Shown here: one piece after another, positions 8,970 through 17,070 of the stretch
How the letters are laid out: every line of letters begins with the position of its first letter
How positions within the stretch are numbered: position 1 is the stretch's first letter
Assembly (NCBI GenBank): GCA_021650915.1
Contig: CP091279.1
Span: forward strand, 2,910,001 to 2,942,000
Direction: 5' to 3'
Origin: Candidatus Brocadia sp.
GTDB lineage: Bacteria > Planctomycetota > Brocadiia > Brocadiales > Brocadiaceae
Length of the DNA: 32,000 nucleotides
Notes under the pieces: generated by a model
What the model was told of the DNA's origin: nothing
Seen by the model: only the letters and a program-made list of their open reading frames with translations
Databases searched by the model: none
Position numbers and translations under genes: made by a program

Positions 8970-9400
8970 GAAACCACAGATTGCGCAGATTTCACAGATA
9001 AAAATTTCAATACTCTACAAAGACTTCTTTTTTTCTGTAATCGTTTCTTTGTGGTCTTTGTGATCTTTGTGCAAAACTTCGCGTTCTTTGTGATTGAACT
9101 TTTTTGGTCGCGGCTGTGCTGCGTTATAATATTACTGTGTAAAAACGTCTTTTTTTGTAAGTTTTTTCGCAACCCTATTTATCCCTTATCAGAAGGTACC
9201 GTTTGTTTGTGGGAGAAGGTTTGCTTCGCTTTGCTCGCAATGACAACGTACCGTATGTCATCAAAGGCATAGCCAGTGTCATTGCGAGGGTCTTGTCCGA
9301 AGCAATCTCCCGCTTTCACAACGGGGAATTGGTTGCGGCCTTGCTGCGCTATGAAATTTCATGCGCTGAAATCCGTGCAATCTGCGCAATCTGTAGTTTC
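8970..9400. repeat. 431-bp repeat-rich intergenic element bounded by about 30-bp imperfect inverted repeats
   Basis: 8976-8991 acagattgcgcagatt is the exact reverse complement of 9379-9394, and pairing extends with mismatches to 8970-8999 / 9371-9400. Internal features: tctttgtg at 9046, 9055, 9064 and 9085, and a 12-bp inverted repeat ctcgcaatgaca (9234-9245) / tgtcattgcgag (9267-9278). Confidence 0.5.
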
Positions 9401-9408
9401 AAACGTTT

Positions 9409-10050
9409 TTATTTCTTTGCAATCAGGCTTGCAATGGCCTTTTTATTGTCCAGAACAAGTTCCCGGTAATAAACAATCTTCAGGTCTTTGAAAAGATTTA
9501 AGAGTTCGTTCGGTTGCAACAAATACTCTTTCTTTTTCGGGCCTTCGAATCCGCGTTCCCAATTTTCTATAGTATAGGTCTCATAAATAATCACGCCACC
9601 CGGTTTCAGCGCCACCTTCATCTGCGGAACAAGGTCGCGCTGCAGGTAATAGAAGCATGCAATCACATCGTACGTATCTTTGGGCAATGGGTACGTCTCC
9701 AGGTCCGCAACAAAGGCGTGGATCGCAACATGGTTCTCCCTGGCCAGCTCCCGGGCTTTTTTAACGGCCACTTCGGAAACGTCACAGCCGTCCACCTCAA
9801 AACCCTGCTTCGCCAGGAATACGGCATTGCGCCCCTCGCCCATTGCCAGATCCAGCGCCTTCCCCCTGGGCAGGATATCAATCTGTTCCCTGAGAAATTC
9901 AACCGGTTCCTTTCCAAAGATATACGCCTCTTTTTCGTATCTTTTGTCCCAAATCATCTTGTCCTGGTCATCCGCATATAATGAGGAGAGAAAGAGGGCA
10001 AGCGCCCAAAAAACGATCGCCGGATAAAAAAAGGTTTTATACAATAACAT
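9409..10050 (-). CDS. class I SAM-dependent methyltransferase (TehB-like) with an N-terminal signal/anchor helix
   Basis: Motif I LDLAMGEGRNAVFLA, with an acidic residue after beta-2 (VDGCDVS). The ATG at 10050 (MLLYKTFFYPAIVFWALALFLSSLYA...) is preferred because the 10173 start would overlap purD by 110 nt. Confidence 0.8.
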   Translation of the reverse strand: MLLYKTFFYPAIVFWALALFLSSLYADDQDKMIWDKRYEKEAYIFGKEPVEFLREQIDILPRGKALDLAMGEGRNAVFLAKQGFEVDGCDVSEVAVKKARELARENHVAIHAFVADLETYPLPKDTYDVIACFYYLQRDLVPQMKVALKPGGVIIYETYTIENWERGFEGPKKKEYLLQPNELLNLFKDLKIVYYRELVLDNKKAIASLIAKK

Positions 10051-10063
10051 GTTCACGGTTTCA

Positions 10064-11338
10064 TCATTTCCGACACATGGCCTTAGCGCCAATATCCCGT
10101 CTGTAATGCGCCCCGGCAAATGACAGCTTACCGATCGCTCCGTAAGCCATATTTTGCGCCTCCGGCAGGTCATTCCCCAGCGCGGTAACTCCTAACACAC
10201 GGCCACCGTTCGTAGAAATCTTTCCACCCTTCATCGCAGTTCCGGCATGGAAAACCCGGAGATGGTTGGATTCTTTTATGGTTTCGAGACCGGAAATAGG
10301 AATCCCCTTTTCGTATGCATCAGGATAGCCTTTCGATGTCATAACAACACAAACAGAGGCGCCGTCATTCCATTCAATTTCCGCGTCTCCGAGCATATTC
10401 TTTTCGGCCAGCAAAAGGATCGGGACCAAATCACTCTTCATCCTCATAAGAATGGCCTGTGTTTCAGGGTCGCCAAATCTGGCATTAAACTCAAGCACCT
10501 TTGGCCCGGCGCTGGTGATGATGAGACCTGCATAAAGAACGCCCTTATACGGGCGATTCTCCCGCTTCATGGCATGAATGGCCGGCACCAGAATATTCTC
10601 CTCGATAAAAAACTGCAATTGCTGGGTGACAAGAGGAACAGGCGAGTACGCGCCCATACCGCCGGTATTCGGCCCCTTGTCGCCGTCGTACACCGCCTTG
10701 TGGTCCTGCGCCGATGATAAGGGGAGAATGGTATTCCCATCAGTAACGGCAAGAATGGAGACTTCCTCTCCTGAAAGAAATTCCTCGATGACCACCCGGT
10801 CGCCCGCGTGTCCGAAGATCTTTTCTTTCATGATGTCCTCGAGATGCTGGTGGGCTTCCTCGGGTGTCTTGCAAACAAACACCCCTTTCCCCTTTGCCAG
10901 GCCGTCGGCCTTAATAACCAGAGGAAATTCGGCGGTTGTTACCTGTTTTTGTGCCTGTTTGATATCCTCAAAGACCTTGAAATCCGCCGTGGGGATACCG
11001 TGTTTTCTCATAAGGGTCTTTGCAAAGACCTTACTCCCCTCAATCGCCGATGCCCGCTTGGTAGGCCCGAATATCTGCAGTCGCCCTTCCCGAAACCGGT
11101 CGGTGATACCGGCCATTAATGCATCTTCCGGGCCAACAACGGTCAGGTCTATTTTTTGTTTCAGCGCAAAGTTGTAAAGGCCGTCGATATGCACCGGATC
11201 GATATCCACGCATTCGGCAATTTCCGCAATCCCCGGATTCCCGGGTGCACAATATATCTTTTTCACCAGGGGAGACTGCGCGATTTTCCATACCAGGGCG
11301 TGCTCTCTGCCTCCGCTTCCGATAACCAGTATTTTCAT
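10064..11338 (-). CDS. purD: phosphoribosylamine--glycine ligase PurD
   Basis: MKILVIGSGGREHALVWK..., an ATP-grasp core and C-terminal ...GGRVLGVTA.G...A...AY..., all over full length. Confidence 0.95.
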   Translation of the reverse strand: MKILVIGSGGREHALVWKIAQSPLVKKIYCAPGNPGIAEIAECVDIDPVHIDGLYNFALKQKIDLTVVGPEDALMAGITDRFREGRLQIFGPTKRASAIEGSKVFAKTLMRKHGIPTADFKVFEDIKQAQKQVTTAEFPLVIKADGLAKGKGVFVCKTPEEAHQHLEDIMKEKIFGHAGDRVVIEEFLSGEEVSILAVTDGNTILPLSSAQDHKAVYDGDKGPNTGGMGAYSPVPLVTQQLQFFIEENILVPAIHAMKRENRPYKGVLYAGLIITSAGPKVLEFNARFGDPETQAILMRMKSDLVPILLLAEKNMLGDAEIEWNDGASVCVVMTSKGYPDAYEKGIPISGLETIKESNHLRVFHAGTAMKGGKISTNGGRVLGVTALGNDLPEAQNMAYGAIGKLSFAGAHYRRDIGAKAMCRK

Positions 11339-11440
11339 GTGATTTCCCCGTCTATTCTGCCTCCATGGCGCGGTAAAAGTGATTCTTCATATAGTCATTA
11401 ATTAGGCTTCCTTCGGAGACTTTTTATGATAAGGTTAAAC

Positions 11441-11507
11441 CCACCCCTGAATCCTCTCCCAGGAGGGGACTTTTTTAGTCCCCTCCTGGGAGAGGATTCA
11501 GGGGTGG
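11441..11507. repeat. perfect 31-bp-stem hairpin (palindromic repeat element)
   Basis: 11441-11471 ccacccctgaatcctctcccaggaggggact is the exact reverse complement of 11477-11507. The loop is ttttt. There is no flanking U-tract. Confidence 0.85.
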
Positions 11508-12135
11508 ATTAAGGCAGGAACAGAAAGATTGAAATTCCTTACATTAAATTTGTTGTTACGTCATGCCACTCGCGGAAAGAGACTCTCCTTCTCTTACGAT
11601 GGTCGCGTATCAGATTGGTTATTGTACCAGAAGAAGGCGGAAAAAAGGAAAGGTTTTTTATCCTGGAAAATTTCGTTTTTGATCAGCCGCAGTCGCAAGA
11701 GACGCAAAAATGGTGTGGCAGTCATCACAAGACTGGCGGTATGGATGCCTTTGCACCGGATGACTCAAACAGCAATGGAATGATAGAGAGAAATAGATCT
11801 CTTTGGAAGTCCGGCAGTTTGGCATCAGGACGAACCCGACGACGCCTTCACCCGATACCCCATGGAGTTACCCCAGTACGGGCATGAATAACTGCCCGCA
11901 CGCTATCCCTGGCTTGAGCTTGCTATCTTTGAAGAGTCCGGCTCGCAACATGGTTCAGAATAAGAACTTTGATATGAAAAATGCAACCGCCGTCACTTCC
12001 CATGTCCATATCGGGAAAGGGGTAACTCATTTTTCTTATTTGCAGGGAAAAATAAAAAGGTGGAAATTTTATGCAATAAATCATAATATCAATACGTTAT
12101 AAAACAAGAAAAATCGGCAATATTGGAGAGACATC

Positions 12136-12372
12136 ATGTCTAAAACATTTCATGTTATCTATGATGGCAAAGTATTACGTCCTGAAGGACCCGTCGATTT
12201 AGAACCAAACACTCACTATGTCGTGACAATCGAGCGTAAAGAATTATCAGAGACGCATGACCTTTGGAATGTGCTTGGAAGCCTTACAGGGAAGGTTGAA
12301 GGGCATGAAGACTGGTCACAAGAGCATGACCATTATTTGTACGGTACACCTAAACGGCAAAAGGATAATTGA
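12136..12372 (+). CDS. AF2212/DUF104-like antitoxin (the usual VapC partner), apparently orphan
   Basis: MSKTFHVIYDGKVLRPEGPVDLEPNTHYVVTIERKE resembles the M..I.A.Y.NGVLKP.E.LDL.EG..V.V.IE family pattern. GGAGAG SD upstream. Confidence 0.55.
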   Translation: MSKTFHVIYDGKVLRPEGPVDLEPNTHYVVTIERKELSETHDLWNVLGSLTGKVEGHEDWSQEHDHYLYGTPKRQKDN

Positions 12373-12586
12373 TTGAACCTGGTGCGTCTTTAAGCAGGAT
12401 TTCAAGCATTGTTGCGTTAAAGAATTTTTTTGCCTCCTACGTTGGGTTTTCATCTGCAGAACTTAACCTCATAACTTCAGCATTGACTGTGTCGCCATCT
12501 CGGTATGCTTTATCTCCATATTCGGCAACATGGACTACGCGGCATTCTTATCATCACCTACATTTTAATCTTACAAAGTAAAGGCA

Positions 12587-12594
12587 CGCACATA
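12587..12594. repeat. left copy of the 8-bp target-site duplication cgcacata
   Basis: Identical to 14303-14310 and directly abuts the IS terminal inverted repeat. Confidence 0.9.
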
Positions 12595-14302
12595 GTAACT
12601 ATTCAGCGTAATATCGCCCCCTATCGTTACGAGCTGGCAAAATCAGGCAATTTGCCGCGAAATACCATCCGTAATGCCTGACTTAAATTTACCCCTTGTT
12701 TTCGACAAGTCGAGAGATAACTACGGATGAGGCAGAAGATCTTCGCTCCGTCCAGAGAACGAAAACAGCCCGATATCTTCTGCTGAACCTTCGTCATCCT
12801 GATATCGTTTTCGGCCAGGTTATTCGTGAAGGGGACGTTTTTATTGTCCATAAATCTGAGCACATCACCCTCATACTCCCGTAATCGTTCCAGGAGATTC
12901 CGTGCTTTTGTCCTTTTTACCCGCCCTCTTTTCCCCTTACGGTTCGTTTCATCAGGGGGCGGGCTTTCAGCTTCTGCGTTTTGTAATATCCCCCGGTACC
13001 TTTGCCGGTATTTCTCAGACTCGCCGTTTTCCAACAAACCCCCCGCATCCTTTACCGCACGGTTTATCTCTTCGAGCAGGGCTTTCATCTCTTTCGCCCA
13101 CGGTTGCTTCTTATCCTCTTCCCACACCCCCTCCAATTCCCTCAGGTGGTGTGCATTACAGAGCGCATGTGTACAGCGGGTGTAGGTGTAATACGCCTTC
13201 AAATGGTCGTGACAAAGAATCCCCCGAAACTGGGGCAGTATCCCGATACTATCCATCGCTTCCGTCCCACGTCTTTCGTGAGGGAAAAAGTGTGTCCACA
13301 AACTATTGGATGCACTATGCAGCCAATACCTGTCTCCGTTCTTGTTGATGCTCGTTTCATCTGCCTGCAATACCTCTGATTTGACAAGTTCTTCCTTGGT
13401 TTTCCCCTCGAAGGCTTCCAGAGATTCGTAGGCATCCTTGTTAAAGTTGTAAAGAGAGCCTTCGCTCAGCGGTATCCCCATCTGCTCCTCAAAATACTCC
13501 TGGATCCTCTTATAGGGTATCAATTGATACTGTGACATATATACTGCGTGCGCTTTCAAATCCGGCCCATACTGCACTGCCTTTGTCACCCCTTCCGGAA
13601 ATGACGCTACAAACCTACTTCCCTCCGCATCCTCAACTATCTCTGCCCGATACTCCGTTACCACCCTTGAAATCTTCATATCAAACACCTGACGCGACTC
13701 ATAACCGATCAACCTGTATTTGCCGCTCGGATACTTCCTCCGGTCTACTTTTATTACTTCCACCTTATCAGGATTGGCTACCTTTTTCAGCGTTACTCCA
13801 TCATGACCCTCTTGCCCACCTGCCTTCCTCTCTCCTTTCGCCCTGCTCTTTCTCGTGCGATTCGGATCGCTTGCGGGCGGCTTACTACTGTTGCGACTGT
13901 TCCGGTTCAGACGTCCTACCAGCAGCGTTATCACTAACACCAACAACTCTATCATTGACCTTATGGCAGGTGACAGACCTTTTTCCTCTGAAAGCAGCTT
14001 TTCTACTTTCCGCAGCGTTGCATCTATATCTATATTCTCTATCGTCAATGGATGGCACCGGTATTAATAGCCTGAAATCATCTCCTGCGGCTATTATACC
14101 ACAGGCTTTTTCACCCATTTTTTTCACCCTCTACCGCCCTACAAAACTCTGTAATTCTCTGGCCGAACATACCCCACACCTCTCCTCCGATGGGCTACAG
14201 TGGCATCCTCCACAGCCATTTATTCTACCAACCAATTCTACGGCCCCCTTTTCTCATGTTGACTGTCAACTAAATTCTAAAATATTTTCGCTGAATAGTT
14301 AC
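12595..14302 (-). mobile_element. IS66-family insertion sequence, single-ORF type (ISBst12-like organisation), 1708 bp
   Basis: Terminal inverted repeats: gtaactattcagcg at 12595-12608 is the reverse complement of 14289-14302 (14/14). Flanked by the 8-bp direct repeat cgcacata. Carries one transposase ORF. Confidence 0.9.
12627..14048 (-). CDS. IS66-family transposase (TnpC type)
   Basis: 473 aa with an N-terminal coiled coil/zipper, QADETS...NG...WLH, the DDE region and the C-terminal CNAHHLRE motif typical of IS66 transposases. Confidence 0.9.
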   Translation of the reverse strand: MTIENIDIDATLRKVEKLLSEEKGLSPAIRSMIELLVLVITLLVGRLNRNSRNSSKPPASDPNRTRKSRAKGERKAGGQEGHDGVTLKKVANPDKVEVIKVDRRKYPSGKYRLIGYESRQVFDMKISRVVTEYRAEIVEDAEGSRFVASFPEGVTKAVQYGPDLKAHAVYMSQYQLIPYKRIQEYFEEQMGIPLSEGSLYNFNKDAYESLEAFEGKTKEELVKSEVLQADETSINKNGDRYWLHSASNSLWTHFFPHERRGTEAMDSIGILPQFRGILCHDHLKAYYTYTRCTHALCNAHHLRELEGVWEEDKKQPWAKEMKALLEEINRAVKDAGGLLENGESEKYRQRYRGILQNAEAESPPPDETNRKGKRGRVKRTKARNLLERLREYEGDVLRFMDNKNVPFTNNLAENDIRMTKVQQKISGCFRSLDGAKIFCLIRSYLSTCRKQGVNLSQALRMVFRGKLPDFASS

Positions 14303-14811
14303 CGCACATATAACATTATCACCGCCCACGACATTATTTTTAGACATGCATAAATAAAATACGAAAAACCAAAACAACGATGTTTGCCAAATATATGCTG
14401 AATCGGCATCATACCTTCCAATGAAGCTATCGCTGCATTTTTCATTATGGTTAATAATTTTGTGTTACGTAATCCCTGTGATGGAATTTTATCATTTCCG
14501 GGATCCTCTAAAATTATTTGTGTCTTTTTAGATGTTTTTTGGGAAACTGCCATACATACAAAACCAATAAAGCCCCCCAAACACCAAAGCCCGAAAATGT
14601 ATAATTCAGCGTCTCGTTTTGTAAAGAAATACAAGAATATCAATTTTGGTTTTTCCATCAAGTTACAATTGTTTAAATAAAATCTGATCATTTTCTCACG
14701 AACAATTTTTGCATCGTACAGAGCACTAGATTTCTCATAAGCCCTATACAACATTGCCAATGTTTGACGACTTTCATCTGGACGGCCCCCATTGCACAGC
14801 ATGAGAAGCAT
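14299..14811 (-). CDS. hypothetical membrane protein, probably only the 3' part of a beheaded gene (frame stays open upstream to 15093)
   Basis: Hydrophobic segments LIFLYFF..LYIFGLWCLGGFIGFVCMAV and FGFSYFIYACLKIMSWAVIML. The last codons are supplied by the IS66 end. No family recognised. Confidence 0.35.
   Translation of the reverse strand: MLLMLCNGGRPDESRQTLAMLYRAYEKSSALYDAKIVREKMIRFYLNNCNLMEKPKLIFLYFFTKRDAELYIFGLWCLGGFIGFVCMAVSQKTSKKTQIILEDPGNDKIPSQGLRNTKLLTIMKNAAIASLEGMMPIQHIFGKHRCFGFSYFIYACLKIMSWAVIMLYVR
14303..14310. repeat. right copy of the 8-bp target-site duplication cgcacata
   Basis: Identical to 12587-12594. Confidence 0.9.
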
Positions 14812-14900
14812 CTCGTCTGCGGGAGGAAGTGAATCAAAACTTCCTACTGACCCAGTTAATTCAATTGATGGTTGATGGTTTTTATTTGGATGAGCATTTC

Positions 14901-14958
<58 letters not shown>

Positions 14959-15113
14959 CGCTGTTCCAGGTGATTCACTTTTTAAGGTTCTTCTCCCAAT
15001 TAGTAAATAAGAATTGAGAAGAAAATCCTTTAAATCAGTGAAAAGAGTGGATATTTGGTGTTTCCTATAGATAGATATATACCGTTCTATAAACTATTTA
15101 CAGGAGACCAGCA

Positions 15114-15734
15114 ATGTCCCCATTAAGTATATTACCATATTTTCCTTTTCAGCGGGTAAGAATTACGAAGCAAACTGTTTTTCCTGATGCTGAGATATCT
15201 CAGCTTACTGCCGTGCCCGATGAACGATTTCGCCCAATATGTCATGCGTGTGGCAGCAAAGCACAGCACATTTACCGTCATGACAAACGATCTTTGCGGG
15301 ATCTGAATCCTGGTTCAGTTCGCGTATGGATAAATTGTTCGTATCGTAAGATAGCCTGTGAGTCATGCAATCGAATTGTAGTTGAAGACTTGGGTTTTTT
15401 TCAACCCTACAGTCGTGTTACGCATCGTTTAGCAGCGTATATTCACGAATTGTGTAAAGTGTTAACCGTAACCGAAGTTGCAAAACATTTTGGAATTAAC
15501 TGGAAAACCGTAAAAACCATCGACAAGTTTTTTCTGGAACGACAATACGCGCAGACAGATTATCAGAATCTTCGCATACTGGCGGTAGACGAAATCTCTG
15601 TTAAGAAGGGACAGCGCTATTTGACCGTTGTTCTGGACTATCTGAGTGGCCGCGTAGTCTGGGTGGGAAAGGAAAGAACAAAAGAAACGCTGGGAACCTT
15701 CTTTGCGGGTATGACAGAGGAACGCGTGCCTTGA
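15114..15734 (+). pseudogene. ISL3-family transposase, N-terminal ~205 codons only (3'-truncated)
   Basis: Zn-finger (CHACG...CESC), an HTH region (VTEVAKHFGINWKTV) and the start of the DDE domain (LAVDEISVKKGQRYLTVVLDYLSGRVVWVGKERTKETLGTFF). The frame ends right after ...GMTEE, where full-length ISL3 transposases continue for about 200 more aa. Confidence 0.8.
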
Positions 15735-16191
15735 AGTATGGGATACCTAAGTGGTTGAAAATATCACCTCTGCGAGCCTAAATCCTCGTAGAGAAGTTTG
15801 TACCTATGCGTATACAAAGGAGCAATCCGTGTGCGTAGAAGGATAGCGTATTCCCGTGAGGGGTATGACGGAGTTACGAGGTACAGACGACCTTATTATT
15901 TCTTTCCTCTATTAAACTCATATATAGAGGAAAGGAAGAATTGTTGTATACTATTAATGTTTATATTTCGACCGCATCCTCAGCGGTCTTTGCGCTCTCT
16001 GCGGTGGGCTGAACTGTTAGGATTTTTATGTCGAATCACAATCTTTCCAAACGACCAGAAGAAATCCCGAGGGTAAAAGGTATTGCCTATAACACGAAAA
16101 GTAGTATAATTTAACGAAAATCTTTTAGGATATTCCTGAGCATTAAAAATCAGTTCACGATGTTATGATAGCAACCGCCTAAGGCATAAAA

Positions 16192-16399
16192 ATGAGCTAC
16201 AAAAGAGTAAAAATCGTTCGGGCATTACAAAGAATATGGATTTGAATTTTTAAGAGAAGGGGGCAACCATACTATCTTTACGAATGGAGAAACAACTATT
16301 CCGGTGGGGAGACACAGTGAAATATCTCCTAAAACTGCTCACAAAATAGCAAAAGAGATCCATATTCCGTGGATAGAATTTAGGTTAAAAATTAATTAA
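16192..16399 (+). pseudogene. hicA: hicA-type mRNA interferase toxin, inactivated by a 1-nt frameshift
   Basis: Frame 1 reads MSYKRVKIVRALQRI and stops at 16243-16245. Frame 2 continues YGFEFLREGGNHTIFTNGETTIPVGRHSEISPKTAHKIAKEIHIPWIEF to TAA 16397-16399. Frame 2 has no start codon of its own. Confidence 0.7.
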
Positions 16400-16409
16400 A
16401 GGAGCTCCC

Positions 16410-16610
16410 ATGCGAACATTTACCGTTGAAATAGAAAAGGACGAGAAATTTTATATTGCCCAATGTGTTGAACATTCCAATTGCTTTACCCAAGGCAAGA
16501 CCATTGAAGAGGCTATCCATAATATAAAAGAGGTCATAGACCTTATCCTTCATATTAAACGTCCAAAATTACACATCATTTTAAAAGACTCATTAGTGAA
16601 TGCCCTTTAA
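16410..16610 (+). CDS. hicB: HicB-family antitoxin, short form (N-terminal HicB fold only)
   Basis: MRTFTVEIEKDEKFYIAQCVEHSNCFTQGKTIEEAIHNIKEVIDL matches the UPF0150/HicB pattern. AAAGGAG SD sits 5 nt upstream. Immediately follows hicA. Confidence 0.75.
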   Translation: MRTFTVEIEKDEKFYIAQCVEHSNCFTQGKTIEEAIHNIKEVIDLILHIKRPKLHIILKDSLVNAL

Positions 16611-16707
16611 ACTTTATTGCGGTAATGGTCTGGTAAATCTAAAAAGAGGGTAACCATGGACAGAACAATCAGGATCAGATTTTTGCATGGCGTAATTCAA
16701 TGTACAG

Positions 16708-16991
16708 GAATTTCGCAACCATTTGGCTTTTCAAAAAATTCTCGTATCCATGCAACATGCTTTCACTCACAATCACTACGCATGAACAAAATAGTGATTC
16801 TGTAATCCCGAAGGGATGTCGTGATTGTAGCATAGTGTTATGCAATTATGGTTAACCCCGTAAGGGGTGGCATAGTATCGCTATTTTCCCGATATTTCAC
16901 CCCTTACGGGGTTGAATATGGTGACACGTTTTTTTTATAATCATGTCATCCCTTCGGGATTTTTCAAAAGGCTAAATGGTTACGGAATTTC
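16708..16991. repeat. composite imperfect palindrome: two inverted copies of a modular small repeat
   Basis: Paired modules: 16708-16738 with 16961-16991 (gaatttcgcaaccatttggcttttcaaaa vs the reverse complement of ttttcaaaaggctaaatggttacggaatttc), 16804-16818 with 16947-16961 (aatcccgaagggatg), and 16854-16869 with 16898-16913 (aaccccgtaaggggtg). The left arm carries about 60 extra nt. Confidence 0.6.
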
Positions 16992-17070
16992 AAAGATGCG
17001 GTATAGTGCGACGAGGCTCGTCGCTCTACCTTGAGAAGGTCGCCGAGGGCCTGATTTATTACGATTATTG

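Noticed and set aside
9046-9092. Short phased repeats (tctttgtg x4), considered as a possible degenerate CRISPR or iteron array.
   Set aside because: The units are only 8-9 bp with no spacers of CRISPR size, and no cas genes are nearby. More likely part of a dispersed small repeat family.
11529-12102. Three overlapping plus-strand ORFs (84, 90 and 99 aa) in frames 3, 2 and 1, which could be read as one gene broken by two frameshifts.
   Set aside because: None of the translations on either strand shows a recognisable motif. I could not reconstruct a sensible protein across the putative shifts. Left unannotated as possible gene debris; needs BLASTX.
12369-12581. 70-aa ORF overlapping the antitoxin stop, in the position expected for a VapC/PIN toxin. 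The minus strand has a fragment reading ...EYGDKAYRDGDTVNAEVMRLSSADENPT-stop-EAKKFFNATMLEILLKDAPGSI.
   Set aside because: The plus-strand product has no PIN acidic residues or pattern. The minus-strand fragment has an internal stop, no start, and no family I can name.
13532-14353. 273-aa plus-strand ORF antisense to the IS66 transposase and reading out across the IS end.
   Set aside because: The product is a Pro/Ser/Leu-rich low-complexity sequence. It crosses the terminal inverted repeat and duplication, so it cannot be an ancestral gene. No SD.
15798-16076. 92-aa ORF downstream of the truncated ISL3 transposase.
   Set aside because: It spans hairpin and repeat debris and the putative intron-like fragment. 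The composition is Arg/Tyr-rich and there is no SD.
16656-16805. 49-aa ORF with an AGAGGG SD. Its first 15 aa (MDRTIRIRFLHGVIQ) resemble a DUF104 antitoxin N-terminus before it runs into the palindromic repeat. A possible continuation (…LEKVAEGLIYYDYCNIEV…) appears after the repeats if the MITE is removed.
   Set aside because: The similarity rests on about 15 residues and a hand-made splice across two elements. That is too weak to call a disrupted gene without a profile search.
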